Shown piece after piece: positions 48,637-62,648 of a stretch of 64,000 nucleotides of DNA. Made by a program: the position numbers and the translations under genes. The stretch is taken from assembly GCF_025526975.1 (NCBI RefSeq), contig NW_026515702.1:248001-312000 (forward strand). The letters run 5' to 3'. Positions within the stretch are counted from its first letter, which is position 1, and the number at the start of each line of letters is the position of its first letter. The notes below the pieces were generated by a model. That model had not been told where the DNA came from and searched no databases. It saw only the letters and a list, made by a program, of their open reading frames with translations. The stretch is from Fimicolochytrium jonesii. Its lineage: Eukaryota.

Positions 48637-50286
48637 ATGAATTTCAAATCTGTTCTGCTGCCAACACTGCAGGCCAATGCGGTGATTGCCTTGACTACTC
48701 TGTCTGGGGTTGCCCTTGGTCGATTGGGATTTCTGACACCTCCCATTCAGAAGGTAGGTCCGAATCAGTGTGGAGTATCTTGACTACGGTTGTTTGTGGA
48801 CATGTCTAACATGTTCTTACTTAAGAGCCTGGCCAAGATCAGCTACTGGCTTCTGACACCCGCGCTCATTTTCAGCAAGATCGCAAGTACGGTCGACGTC
48901 GATCAATTCGTCAGCTTATGGCCGATCCCAGCCCTCTTCCTTTTCAGCTCGGTTGTTTCGTACTTCCTTGCCATCATTGGTGTGCGTTTCCTCCGCGGAG
49001 ACATACAGAGCAACCGATTCATGATCGCTGCAATTGTCTTCACCAACACGGTGACCATGCCCGTGCCGGTCATTATCGCGTTGACGCCGATGACACCAAT
49101 TCTATTTCGGCACGCCGGGTCCGCAGGAGAGGCTGTTGCGAATGGTATCTCTATGGCCTTATTCTTCACGGTTTTCTCTCACATCTTTCGCTGGAGCATC
49201 GGATACAAGCTCTTGGACGCCCCCGCTATGAATGAGCTTACCAAGGAACAGGCCGGCAAAGGTTCCCTCACCGCTGATGGTCACGAATTAGATTCTTCCG
49301 CCGTCACCATCGAAATGCCTCCGTCCATCGTGAACGTCCGCAGTTCAAACGTCGCACGCACCACACAGCACGCCCCCGCTGTACCCGTCAAAGCCGAATG
49401 CAGACCGCCGGGGATCTACGCGGCGGTATCATCCCTTTCGTTGCAGGCCGTCGCTGCTCGTCGATTAGCATCGTTGCACTCATCGGGCGGGCTTCCCCGA
49501 GTCTACGATATGAAGGGAAATACGGTTCGTCGGGCTAGCATTGGAACGTATTTTCCTGAATACGTGGGAAAGGACCAACATGTGGAATTGAAACCTATGG
49601 CGCATGAACATCGACGAATTTTGCAAGGAGAGGAATGCGCTCCAAACCGGTGGAGCGATCGCTCAAGCAACGTAACGGCTGCAACGCCGGGCTCGGAATG
49701 CATTGCCTGTGACGATAGTGCCGCCGGAAAAGAACATACTTACTTCGACCGAGTTCGGAGTGTCATAACGAGTATCATCAATCCACCTTTCGCGTCAGCT
49801 CTAGTATCGCTCTGCATTGGGCTTATCCCGACCCTTTCTTCCGTCTTCTTCACGGGTCCTGTACGCTTTGTCGGAATCTCTCTCACGTCAATAGGGGATG
49901 CCTCCATCCCGTTCCAATTGATTCAGCTTGGTGGTCGGCTTCAGCGAGGTCCAACCCGCGACCACACGACAACCATGCCCGCCTGTGCAATAGCATATGT
50001 GGCCTTCTGCCGCCAAGTGATGGGTCCTTGCATAGGTCTCGCATTCTTGGCTCTGCTTAAGACCGCTGGGTACACCCCGAAGGATCCAATGCTAGCGTTT
50101 GTGCTGCTTCTTGAAGCCAGCACCCCGCCAGCTCTCAACCTAGGCGTGATTGCAGAGCTTCACGGCAAAGGTGAACGAGACATGGCCAATCTCCTTTTCT
50201 GGACATACATCGTGGCCATACCGGGCGCCGCGTTTTCGGTCGTCAGTTTCCTGCTTTTGCTTCCAAACTTTGTATCTCCGCGCTGA
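48637..50286 (+). CDS. Auxin efflux carrier/PILS-like membrane transporter (Mem_trans family), 2 exons (48637-48753, 48826-50286)
   Basis: LLTPALIFSKIA, FTNTVTMP, RWSIGY, NPPF.SAL, GDASIPFQLIQLGGRL, DPML.FVLLL...TPPALNL; about 10 TM segments with a central loop. Confidence 0.9.
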
Positions 50287-50470
50287 TAACGTATCATATA
50301 GGGACGCTACATGCTTTTGTCTTATTGTATAAAACCGCGGGAGTTCGCTTTCGCCCCCATTTTGCTTCCACCACTTTGTATCTCCGCGCTGATGTATCAT
50401 ATAGGGACGCTACATGTTTGTCAATACATTTATCATTGTATAAAACCATGGGAGTTCGCTTTCGTCCCCC
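50256..50470. repeat. ~105-bp imperfect tandem duplication covering the stop codon and 3'UTR
   Basis: actttgtatctccgcgctgat...gtatcatatagggacgctacatg...attgtataaaacc..gggagttcgctttcg occurs twice. Confidence 0.9.
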
Positions 50471-51450
50471 CCCCCCCCCCCCAATTTGACATTTTGGCAT
50501 TATATAGATGCACTGGATAAATCTTGGCACGAAAATATGTATGAATGACGATGTTAAGAATAAAGTCGTAGTACGATACGTAGGTACAGTATGAAGTGTC
50601 CTGCCCGAAAGTCGGTCAATGTACTTGCCGTTACCAGCAGTAGCCTTGATGGCGCCTTGATGGCTGCGTCACGTCGAATCCCGTGTTAGGCTTAGGGTTT
50701 TGTTCCCGGGGTGGAATTGGCTCCGGATTGCACACGTAAGCTGTTTATTGCGCAAGGTTCCATACTTTGAATGTTCGTCTGTCCCGTGAGACCGGATCCC
50801 ATGGGTTCGTCGTATTATGATCGTCGTTCCTACCACGTTTCTATATTACTCTCTACATGACGGGGACGCAACCCTGGAACGTTCTCTCGGCCCTCGGGGA
50901 ACATTCGGTTTCGGACGCGTTTTGAGACAACGTTCCCGTCCTGAAACAATTTGGTTGGCGCTGTATCGGATGTATCCTGTTATCGAATGTTCCCGCTTTA
51001 TATACGAGGCCGACACCCACGTTTCCCCCCCACTATAATACGTGGTCCACCGGGCAAGCGAATGGTTTCGAACAGCATCCTGCTACATGTGCGCCGTTTC
51101 ACAAGGAACTGGACCTGGATCTCAATCAATGATGCTCGCTCCGAGTGGATTCCGGATCATGAGCTGGACGGCATCCAACGGTGTACATATTCCAAGATCC
51201 ATCACGGAGGCTTGACAATTGATCTTGAGCTCATCAAGGATGCATCAAAGTACTGTGTATTAGTCGGTCAATGTGCGGTGGCTTCGGCTGCTTTGCCGTC
51301 CGCATCGCCCGGCGGTAAAATGGTCAGCATTGCGCCCGTCAGAATACATATGCATAACGAGGCTGTCCCGCCGGCCCCCGTCTTGGCCTATGTTCGCAAA
51401 ACCGTTTTGCTTGCAGCTCCACAATCCCCACCGCATCAACTGAATCAAAC

Positions 51451-52920
51451 ATGAGAAGTGCTTCCCTGTACGCTGTGCTGACCACCAGCGTCATGTTGGT
51501 CGTCGCTGCTTCGACGGCAGACCAATCCGACACCGCCGTCCGCCAGATTGCCGCTGTGACCCATTCCTCTGTGACCAACGCAGCCCCCGGAACACCTTCC
51601 GGGACTACCCCAGTGCAAGAAACCGGAAAGAGCGCATCAGCCCAGGTCACGGCCGCGTCGTTGCCCGAGCCGCCAACACCGCAATTCGGAGTGCCGCAGG
51701 AGATTCTCGGCGGGATGAAACGGACCGATTTCGATTTCGCTGACGGACTTGCCATCGACTTGTTTTCTCCAACGCCGCGGACATTGACCGTAACGCAAAA
51801 CCGATCGCCTTCCGCACCGGCCAACCTCGTTACGGGGGCTCCAGGAGGACCCTGGTTGGCGGCGCTTCCTTACTCGTACGTTTTGAAGCTCAACGAATCC
51901 AACGTGAATGACCTGGTTGCGAAGGTGGAGCTCCCGTATGATCCCGCGGTGTTGGCGGGCATGGGATTGACCGAGGACAATACCTACGTCGGAACGTACA
52001 GCCCGACGACCGGCGGATGGGTCATTGACCAAACGCAGCGCAACGTACACCGCACGGAAAACAAGACTCGCATCATTAACATGAATTCGTACGACGGAGA
52101 ATATCTGGTAAGGGGTTTCAGATGCGATCCGAGCACACAAATGCCACCGGCTCAGTTTTCCTAAATTTCTTCATATCGAAACGTACTAGCTATTAGCGCG
52201 CAATACAACCGACACCGCCGACATTTTCCTGCAATACGGACAAGGCGCCTCGCGCGAGCTCGAGATCATCCGCGGCGGGGCCTTGCAGGAAGGTGTGTGG
52301 GTTGATGGATTCACCCTATCGGCCCGCGTCGACGGCAACCTCGCGGTGAAAGTGAACGCCGACTTTGGAACTTTTGACCAAGCTGCTCTCCCCGCCGGAT
52401 TCCAAGCCGTCACAACCTACACTTACGTGACAAACTCCAGCGACCCTACGGGCAAAACGAGCCTGGACGTGAAGCTACCCTGTAAGTGTCTCCCCGGAAC
52501 CTGAAAGAAATCTTCACCCACAGGTACCGGAATGACATCTCCCCTTCTTGTCCCACAGTCAAACCCGACTTCCTTGCAACAAGGAAGATCGACCCGGTCG
52601 ATCTCCGCGTGGCGCGTATGGACACAGGTTCCAAGACGTTTGTGGTAGACGAAGCCAGCCAGAAGCTGGACGTGGAGCGCAAATTCGCCGTGTTGGAGAG
52701 GCAGAACAGTCTCGATGGGCAATGGCTGCTCGTCTTCAAAGCGCATGGCGATGTTAACGTCACCCCCACCGGAACGCCTAGGGATGCAGGTATTGAGGTA
52801 GTCAAAGCGACGGGCTCTGGAGGGGAAGCCGTTATCAGCGTGTCGTCTCCCCCCTTAAGCGGACGTTCGGCGGCTACAACCATTGGGGCGATAGGAGCGG
52901 TGGTGGCATGGTTCATGTAG
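51451..52920 (+). CDS. Secreted, probably GPI-anchored uncharacterized fungal protein, 3 exons
   Basis: Signal peptide; S/T-rich linker; in-frame splicing EYL|LLARNTT...LP|(F)KPDFL; hydrophobic C-terminal tail SAATTIGAIGAVVAWFM*. Confidence 0.7.
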
Positions 52921-53792
52921 TACACGGTCATTGTAATGGTCTTCTTTCATGGCATGGTTCATGAAATACATGGCAAATGTATAGTGGTCGTCTTTCCTGT
53001 CAATCAATACATTAGAGATGATGAGGAGTGCAAGGAGGATGACACACAGACACGGCAACTAATAGTGCGACCGGGGCCGGCTGGGCCGGGACCGCATGCG
53101 ATCGCGCTAGATGGAACCGGGATGGGGCCCCTGCCGCACTCACTAAGCCTGTTGTCCGACGCACTGCCAACGGTTTGGAGCGTTAAGGGGAAGTCGAGCT
53201 TATCGGCCATGGCGTTGGAATGCGATGGCGAACGCAATGGTGTGGGGCGGGGTGCTGTGCGTCAAAGGAGAAGAAGCCGGGTGGGCCTTGACCAAGTTCG
53301 GACGGTGGGCAACGTGGCTTCAATGCTCCGGATGCCTCCAGTCGAGTTTGTTGCAATCACTCATTCAGAGAACGTTCTTGTATTTGCATGGGTCCACGAC
53401 GGCGTGCTGCTTGGGCGTACTGTAAGCTGCTTACGGGAGTCGCGCGTTACTGCCCAAAAGTTCGAATCGAAGCGTCTCCTGGGCATTGGAAACATTATGC
53501 TACTCGACCCCATATACTGTGGAGACAAACACAAAAGGGTTCGCCGCTTCGTCATCCGATGTTCCTGGGTAGGCGGCTGACAATAGAATTCCGCGGGATG
53601 CACGGTCCATACATTTCTTTTCCATCGTTACACTGCCATAACAACGTATTTAAACCGCAGCAATGCGGCCTTTTCCTTCGCCATCCGTTCTTGTACATGA
53701 GCGTGCATTCGCATGTACCAATCGTAGTTGCACAACTTCCCCCAACAGTTGCGCATCCCCCGATCTTTGGCGGGATTCGATAACGCCGAAAG

Positions 53793-56700
53793 ATGTGCCT
53801 GAACTCGCTGCGAACCGTTCCAGATCGACAACCTATTGACGCCGAAAGCAACCCCATGCTCACGACCATCGCCTTCCCTTCCTCTCTTTCGACGAGGAGC
53901 ACAGAGGCTGACATCCCACCGTTCGTCGAGATACCGACTGCTCCTCAAAGTTTTGAAAGGCGACCGAATATCGCAAGGATTGGCTCCGGAGACGTCAGAT
54001 CTATGCCACCAGCCGAATGTCACTTGAGTCGGTTAACCGAGCCTTTCCACTCGCAAATCGAAAATGGATTTATGGTCCGTAGGCAGAGCGGAGGACCAAC
54101 GCGGCCGTACAGCTTGACAATGCTTGGAAATGTGAGACATCCCGGACGACCTTGGATGCGTTATCCTTCCGATGCTCCGGTAGTTGTCGGCGGAGTCAAG
54201 TGCAAAACCTGTTCCGGCCGAGTTGCAAGAGCACCGGGCTTTCGGAAGCTATTGCCCGAGGATGCCAAAGAGAATAGTCATTTGTGGATGTGGTCAGCGC
54301 GGATTCTGACTTGTTGCTGCTTGCCATTTTGTTTGAGAGCCATGGGCAACAGGGATCGGATTGTTCAGCAGGCCTGGCGCGAGAAGATTGCCCTCTGCCT
54401 CATTATTCTCATCTTATCTGTGGTGGTCGCTTTCTTTACCGTCAGTTTGCGGAGAGTGCTCTGCCCTAGTACCACTTTCGCAAATCTTTTGCCAATATTC
54501 GATGCCCAAAGTCACAACGACAATCACGGAGATTTAAACGGCATTCTGATCAGCGGCTATAGGTATAGCTTTGATGAGGTGCAGCGAGAGCTTGCTCAGC
54601 ACAGTATCCACATGGGGGACGAATGGAGGGGCAAGGATATCACAAAGCTTTTTGCAAATGACCGGCAGAAGTGCGATGCATACGTTGTCGTCCCCTATAC
54701 TGACGGTTGTGATTTTCCGGAGCTGGTCTCCATATCGCGTCCCCGGGGGAAATGTGGAACAAGGAGCTGGTTGAGAAGAATGAGTAGTCGAAGGGCCAGG
54801 CGATACATGGAATGGACAGACCTCGCTATTATTTCTCAACAATCACCAACACTGAGTTTCACGGTATTCAACGGAGGTGAGCACACTCATATTTCCGCAC
54901 TGTACACGCATATTTTTGGTTTCTGGACTGTGAACTGAAACTCCTTTCTCTTTACAGCTGTCGTGAATGTCACCGAGTTCTTAAGCTCAGCACATCCTCA
55001 CACGGAGGCCTATAGCTTCATCTTCAACGGCGTTGGGAAGGATGGGACACACCTTTACCTTCGCAACAGTAACGCGCATCGTGCGATCAAGTGTCTTCTC
55101 AAGCCTTACCATGTCGGATACATTGATGTGGAACCCATCGGTTGCATCGCTGGTCAAGTTCTTGAAACGTTGACGCTGGTGATCATTGGCGGGGTTATGA
55201 GCACCAAATTCTTCATGGCTCTTTGGTTCCATTGGTTCGGTTTGCCCAAACTGGAGCCGACCCAATTCGGACTTCCAAAGGGCAGCGGGAGTTGCGCTGT
55301 CGCTGTGAACGATGACAGCCCCATCGTTAGGTCTTGCATGTTTGACGAGAGCCATACCATGCATGCCATTATCTTGGTGACATGTTATTCGGAAGGCTAC
55401 GATGGACTACGGACAACATTGGACTCGTTAGCTAGTACGGACTATCCAGACAGTAAGAAACTGCTGTTTGTGGTCGCAGATGGAATGGTAACTGGCCTGG
55501 GCGAGGAGAAATCTACGCCGGCAATCATCTTGGGAATGATGCAGTTCGACCCCGGCATGACCGAACCGGAGCCAAAAAGTTACGTCGCCGTCGGGCATGG
55601 CGGAACAGAGCACAATATGGCCAAAGTTGTAAGTCTTCCGAATGATTGTTCTAAATGGCAAATGAGTATTCATCTTACCTTTCTTCCTCTCTTTCATGTA
55701 GTATGCGGGTTACTACATTGTTGGAAACCATAAAGTTCCCATGATTACGGTCGTCAAATGCGGTCTCCCGTCGGAAGCAACCTCGGTTAAGCCTGGGAAC
55801 CGTGGAAAACGTGACTCCCAGATGATAGTTCTGAACCTACTGAGTCGCATTTTGTTTGACGACCGGATGACGGCACTTGATTTTGAAGTCCTTACGGCTA
55901 TGGACAATATTGCAAGCGCCGCGGACAAGTACGAAGTTATACTCATGGTGGACGCTGACACCAAAGTTGCTCCCGAATCCCTAAAGTACATGGTGAACGT
56001 GATGAGAACCGATCAGGCGGTAATGGGTCTCTGCGGGGAGACTCGTATCGCGAACAAAACGGCTAGTTTCACGTCGGCTATACAAGTTTTCGAATACTAC
56101 ATCTCTCACCATCTCGGGAAGGCCTTCGAGTCGGCGTTCGGCGGCGTCACTTGCCTTCCTGGATGCTTCTGCATGTACCGGCTAAAAGGGCTTGGGAGAG
56201 ATAACGGAAGTATTGTGCCCATTCTTCTCAGTCCGGACGTTCTGGAAGAATACTCTGAGAGTGTTGTTGAGACGCTCCACAAAAAGAACCTGCTCCTCCT
56301 TGGGGAGGATCGGTTCTTAACCACTCTGATGTTGAAAAACTTCCCCAGGCGGAAGACGATCTTTGTGCCGCGGGCCGTTTGCTACACGATAGTGCCGGAT
56401 CGGTTCAAAGTTCTGCTCAGTCAGAGGAGAAGGTGGATCAATAGCACATTGCACAATTTGCTCGAGCTGGTTTTGGTGAGGGATCTCTGTGGAACGTTTT
56501 GCTTCAGTATGCAGTTCGTCATATTGGTAAGTGAAAGTTTTTTTCACTCACGGGAGCGGCGGGATTTGCAACCGCTGATACCATTTCTACATTCACTATC
56601 GTGTAGCTCGAATTGATCGGAGCCGTAGCCTTGCCCACTTCTATGTTTTTGTCGATCTATCTGATCTTATCTGTTTCCATCAACAACAACGCCGAACTGA

Positions 56701-57195
56701 TGCCTTTCCTCATACTGGCGGCCATGCTGGGTCTCCCTGGCCTCCTCATTATCGTCACCACTCGGAAAAGGGCTTACGTTCTATGGATGCTTCTGTATTT
56801 GTTTTCTCTACCCATCTGGAACTTTGTGTTTCCAATCTACGCCTACTGGCATTGTGAGTATCATCGCGCCCTTCTGAATTGGCTGGTATCATCGGCCATT
56901 TTTGCTATGTTACGATGCAAGACTGATTGTCTTCCTAATTTTCCTAATAGTCGACGACTTTTCATGGGGTAAGACGCGAAGAGTTGAGGAGAAGGTTCGG
57001 GAAAGAGCAGAAGGGGAAATGGAGAGTCAGACAAAGGCGCTCCCTGTGATCATGAAAAAGTATGTCTTGGTGCTATATTTTACAGGCTTCTATATTAAGC
57101 TCACATTCTCCACGTCATAAAGATGGATCGAATGGGTAGTGAGCAGCGAATGCGAGACCATCCGGGAATCTCCAGAACTAGGCGCTGTCTGGTAA
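53793..57195 (+). CDS. Chitin synthase (division 2, class IV-like), multi-exon; both ends approximate
   Basis: AWREKIALC, a cytochrome b5-like segment, [75 protein letters not shown]. Confidence 0.95.
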
Positions 57196-58827
57196 GTTCC
57201 GCGGGAGATTGTCCCGTTCCGGCATACGGAAGTTCGCCGTTCGTCAGCATTATGTCGCGAATTGGAATCAAGGTACTGACCTAGTTCAAATTCACCTGCG
57301 CGCGCGCAGGCGGTCTACGGAAGTCACTGCTGAAACCAGCGCTCCCAGTCAGGGTGCGATTCCAAACCTTTCCATTGCAACATCGGACAAGGGAGTTTTG
57401 CACCCCAACGATGGCCACAGTAGCAGGAGTTGGGGTTGGAGGATGTCGGATGGTGGGACCTTGACTTGTTATGGTTGTCGTCGGCCGTCAATCCATCCGC
57501 ATTCACCGAGCCCCATGACCCGCTTGACAAATCAATTGCCGATGCCAACCATACTCTCGGGCCGACGAAACGATCCTTGGCTTCCGCCATCACTTATGGT
57601 GGGCGGTATCGACATAGAAGCTTAGCGCGCCGGAACTATCATATCCTACCCCCAACGGGAGCTAAATCGCCGAACGAAGCGAGCGGGGAATTTGTAGCTC
57701 TGGAAATCAGTCAATCTTTGGCATTGGGAACGATCATTCCAACGCACCTTATACTTCGGGCGCTTCGTTTATCGTTTACGGCCGATCTTGATCAAGTCCG
57801 GCAGACCATTACGTGCGTAACTGAATAGGCAAAACCGTTTGCGGATCTCCTATTTTGGCTTTGTACATGCGTCCATGTTGTTATTGAGTTTCTATATACG
57901 TATAACCTGTGTCCATGTATATGTACATTTTTAAATATTGTGCTTGGACTTCTACATTCCCGATTTTCTAAGCTAAGCCGCCAGAGGATTTAAGCGACAA
58001 GTGGGTGGATTATGGCCAAAACATATGCACCGCTTGGATAGTGTGCGTTTACGGAAGGATGCACTCAAAGGTTGCAATTCTGGACTATGGGAGATGTACC
58101 GTACACCGTCTGTCCCGTACAATCACCTTCGTTACGCTCTAGCCAAACCCCGCCGCAATAGCACTGCGAAGAGCCCCAAGATGCCCGTACCAAAGGCATG
58201 AATATGCTTGTGGTGGCGTTGCGCTTATTCAGCAGAGAGCAAACCGGAATGGCAAATGGAACAACGTGCAAGGTGAAATTGACAGCAGCCGCGACAATGT
58301 TCCACATCAGGAATTGATGATGACAAGCCCAACTCCGCCCTGCGCCTCCCTGAGTGGCGCCACAACGGCGGTACGATGATACGATCGCACGCGTCGGGGG
58401 GGAGCCGAATCCACGGTAACCCAAACTCGGGGGATCGCTGCCTCCGGGCTATCGCGAACGCATCTTCAAACGGAAGGTTCTCCGCACGGAAATTTCTGCG
58501 AAATGATTTTTCTATGGTAACCCAGAGACGCTTTATTATGCATCTGTTACCCGTAGACCGCAAACGCGCGCGGTTTCATGAGGACCTCATCATTGTTCCA
58601 ACTGTGCTTGAGAGGCCGAAAAAAGAACTCATTTGTCAAGCCACTGTGGGATCACTGTAAATATGAGCTGATGAATCGTACATGCTGTGCAGCAAAGAGA
58701 CTTCCATGCTCCCTTGCTGCCGACCTTCTCTGGCGCTGTATATGATAAGTAGAACATTGAGATCAGGAATCGGACCCCGTCCCTTCTACGTCCATCATCT
58801 GGAGCTCGCCGTTTGGTCACAGTCAAT

Positions 58828-60662
58828 ATGCCCGCAAGCATTTTTGTCAACGTTCTTGTGCCAACGCTACAGGCCAACGCCGAGATCTTCATCACAACGC
58901 TCAGCGGGGCCCTGCTAGGAAGAATTGGAGTCTTGACATCCGACCTGCAAAAGGTAGATGCCGTCCGCTGGTCAGACTAAGGCTTTGAAAGCGGCCGTCG
59001 TGCAGAATTCCGGAGTTATGACTTATGCGAATTTTTTCTTTTCCCGAAGGGCCTGGCAAAAGTCAGCTTTTGGCTTCTCACCCCAGCTCTCATATTTTCT
59101 AAGATTGCCTCGACTGTAGACTCTCAGCGGTTTATCTCGTAAGTTCGTCTTCCCGCACTCGGACTACATGTTCATTCCTTCGTTCGGGTTAACTCATTGG
59201 GCATCCCCACATCAGACTATGGCCCATTCCCGCCCTCTTTGTCTTCAGCTCCCTCATTTCCTACGCACTGTCGTTGATCGGATGCCGATTTCTGCGCGTC
59301 AGTCTTCAGAACCAACGTTTCATCACGGCGGCAATCGTATTTACCAACACGTACGTAAGAACGGATCCGCATGGCGCAATTTGGCATGCCTTCGACACTC
59401 ACTCGTTGTCACTTTCACCATTTCAGCGTTACAATCCCGGTGCCGATCATCACCGCCTTGACACCATTTACGCCGCTCCTTGTTCTCGCAGGCCAGACTC
59501 CGGCGGACGCCATCTCGAGCGGCGTCAGCATGGCCTTATTTTTCACACTCTTTTCCCACGTGTTTCGCTGGAGCATTGGCTATCGTTTACTGGATGCTCC
59601 CGCAGAGAAGGCCATGCAAAAGTTGAAGGACGATCCGGAGATGAATTCCACTCTCGAAGGTCAAGAACTCAAACCTCGAGGTGTCGATCGGAACGAAATC
59701 GAACTTTACAAGAAAGGGTTTGACGTTGTTCCGGAAGCTGACATACAGGCGACGAGCCAGCTCGCGCGTGCGAGCTTGACGGGGAGGTATCCCGAGAACC
59801 TCCCATTCCTCACCAACCACTCCGATGAGTCGCCTGCGTCTGTGCCCGGCGGCAACTCGCTGGGTCGCCCACTGCCCATTCATCCGCCGGTGGCACGGCG
59901 CATTTCGGACGCATGGACGGGGAGTCGTCGAGGGTCAGCTGATGACATCGAAAGCGTTGCGTTGATAAACAGGGAAGAGATGAAAAAAGCCGACGAACAA
60001 AGCAGCGCTCCGCCGGAGTCAACGGAACCGGCGGCCGCACCAGGACCGGGGTCCATATTCAAAAAGATTGTATTGAAATTCTGCGATTTCATGAACCCAC
60101 CCTTCCTCTCGGCTCTTGTCGCATTGTTTATTGGATTCCACCCATCGGTAAGTATGCCACCTTCAAGTGTTTCCGTCACGGCTACTAATGTTTTCTACGC
60201 AATTCGTTTTCGCAGTTGCAAACTTTTTTCTTCAAGAAGGCAGGCTCTTCGATTGGTGCTAGCCTAACGTCCGTCGGTGAGACGTCCATCCCTTTCCAAC
60301 TGATCCAGCTCGGCGGACGCCTGCAACGCGGCCCAACTAGAGATTCCACGACGACTATGCCGAACAGGGCGATCGCGTTTGTTGTATTCTGCCGCTTGGT
60401 TCTCGGCCCACTGATCGGACTCGCATTCGTTGGCCTGCTCACGATCGCCAAGATTGCGCCAAAAGACCCAATGCTCATTTTCGTCCTCCTCATGGAGTCT
60501 AGTACTCCACCCGCTTTGAACCTTGCCGTCATCGCCGAGCTCCACGGCATGGGAGAAAAAGATATTGCAAACCTCCTGTTCTGGAACTACGCTATCGCAA
60601 TACCCGGCGCGGTGCTCACGGTGCTGCTTTATCTGGTCCTCATCCCATCGTTTGTACGATGA
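58828..60662 (+). CDS. Second auxin efflux carrier/PILS-like transporter, 5 exons
   Basis: Paralog of 48637-50286 with the same motifs (LLTPALIFSKIA, RWSIGY, NPPF, IPFQLIQLGGRLQRGPTRD, TPPALNL); four GT-AG introns. Confidence 0.9.
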
Positions 60663-61251
60663 GATGACGGACGGGCCACATCAGTTTATTTTGACATTTT
60701 CGTTATAGTATGAAGTTTTCCATTGCCGAGCTTCGTTGTCATTTTTACAATTGATTTCAATGACGAAGGCGCTAATGTAGATATCGCTTAGGCCCTCTTC
60801 GGTCTTGTTATGTTTCGATCTTGTTCACTGAGTATGAATTGTACCGCAAGGTAGTCAGCTAAGAGACTATACAATTCCTCTGTGAACAAGGTTCTTACAA
60901 CCCTAAATTCTATCGTATGGTTTGTGCTATGGTGTCTGCGCTCTTAAAGAAAGAGGTGCTTTCGTCTGAAGGATTATAGATCAAGACAGCATAGTTAGCG
61001 CAACCTGATGCGCACAGAAACGCCCGCAGGTTCACGCAGATTCACGCGACAATCGGTATGGGCCACGCCCAGTGAGTGGGGTGTGCACGCGAAACCAGGT
61101 GACCGACCCTGAATTTATATATTGGAAGAAAAGCACGTCTCGATACCTAGTCTTCTTTTTCTTCCTCTTTCAACTCCTCTTCTCATTACTCTCGTAGCGT
61201 ACGTTGATTGAATCTCGTTATTGATTGCTCGCTTCCTGCAACGTCCGCTCG

Positions 61252-62523
61252 ATGGAATCCGATCCCGAAGTTACCGCAGTCGTCACTGTCGCCGCTCCTA
61301 CCTTCGTTTCGCACTTAACCGGCACCAGTCTTGACGTCGGAGATAAAGCGCTGAAGAAAGTCAGGGTCGTTAAGAAGGCCCCTGCTGGTCGAGCGGGTGT
61401 CCTGACCCGGGCGGCCGCGTCGTCGAGTACTGACCCCTCCGCACTTGATATCGACGAAGAAGAGGAGTCTTTGGGCTCGTCCTACAAGGTCGTTATCGCG
61501 TCCGAACCCGCCAAAAAGGCTCACCAAGTAAAGATCATTCTCACGAGGGGCAAGTCTACAACAAAAAGCTCTGCGCCAGCTGCAACGGTTGCCTCTGTTC
61601 CGGCCAAGGTCACTTCTCAAGCCGAGAATCACGCGCAAGACGTTGTTAAGAGTCCTCCCTTGCGGACCGTTCCCACGGCTGCGTCTGTGCTCACCTCGCG
61701 CCCAGCTTCGGCCGGGGCTCACCAGAATCTTCCATCCCACGTTCAGACCCACCATCCTTTATTGCACGGCGTTGCCCAAGACCAAATTTGACCTCCGTAT
61801 TGGCTTCCGTATGGGTTTTCGCACGGGTACCATTTCGGTCCGCCGGCTCCTTATCTCAGTTCCCAAGGTCCATCCGCTTCCGGCGCTTCGCAATTCGGTC
61901 AAAGTTTGTTCGTCCCGCAACCTGGTCAAGATCCTTTGTTGTTTGGAAGCCACGATCCACGCTTCGTACAACATCCTGGTCCGCAGCCGCTAACGCCCAG
62001 AACTAGTCCTTACCTTTCCCAAGATTCCTAGGTCCCTCCTGCACCTTTCCATTACAAACCGCCGGGTAGTTCCCCACAACAACACGCTCAGCCTCAAGGC
62101 CATTTTCAACCTCCGGCTCCGCATCCGGCCGCTTTCCAGTATCTCGGGGAGTACACGCAAGGTCAACCCGCGGTCTCCCTGGCTGCTCCTGCCGCTGGAC
62201 CATATGGTTACGGTGTGGCTCCGGGCGTTCTTCAACAACTCCAAGCTGCCGCGGTCATTTTCGGGGTTCAACCTATCTCGCTCCACTCCCCGTCGTCGCT
62301 TACATCTCACGATCCCATCATTGCTGATACCTTGCGAAGCCGTGCTGAATACTCCCAGAACCTCAAGACTACCCGAGAGATACTTATCGCTAACGGAGCC
62401 TCGTTTGACTCGGGCACGTTGGAAGCAGTCATACGGCTTCAATACGTTGATCTCGCCAAATTGCATCCATATCGACACGTCCAACCATCCGAAACAACGA
62501 TTACCCTCGCTCCTTCCGAGACC
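61252..62523 (+). pseudogene. Gag-like ORF of a probable YR retroelement (DIRS/Ngaro), truncated by telomeric repeats
   Basis: A single intronless frame from ATG 61252 with two stops (TGA 61789, TAG 62029). It is low-complexity P/A/S-rich, then LEAVIRLQYVDLAKL, resembling the I-x-x-x-x-YVD-(L/F)-x-x-L motif of DIRS/Ngaro gag. TATA at ~61116. Confidence 0.45.
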
Positions 62524-62648
62524 TTAGGGTTAGGGTTAGGGTTAGGATTAGGGTTAGGGTTAGGGTTAGGGGTTAGGGTTAGGGGTTAGGGTTAGGGTTA
62601 GGGTTAGGTTAGGGTTAGGGGTTAGGGTTAGGGTTAGGGTTAGGGTTA
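62524..62648 (+). repeat. Interstitial telomeric tract (TTAGGG)n, about 20 units with variants
   Basis: Direct reading; variants TTAGGA, TTAGGGG and TTAGG. Confidence 0.98.

Noticed and set aside
60836..60900. Hammerhead ribozyme
   Set aside because: The conserved CUGANGA and GAAA core motifs are absent.
62524..62648. True chromosome end
   Set aside because: Non-telomeric sequence continues for more than 1.3 kb after the tract.
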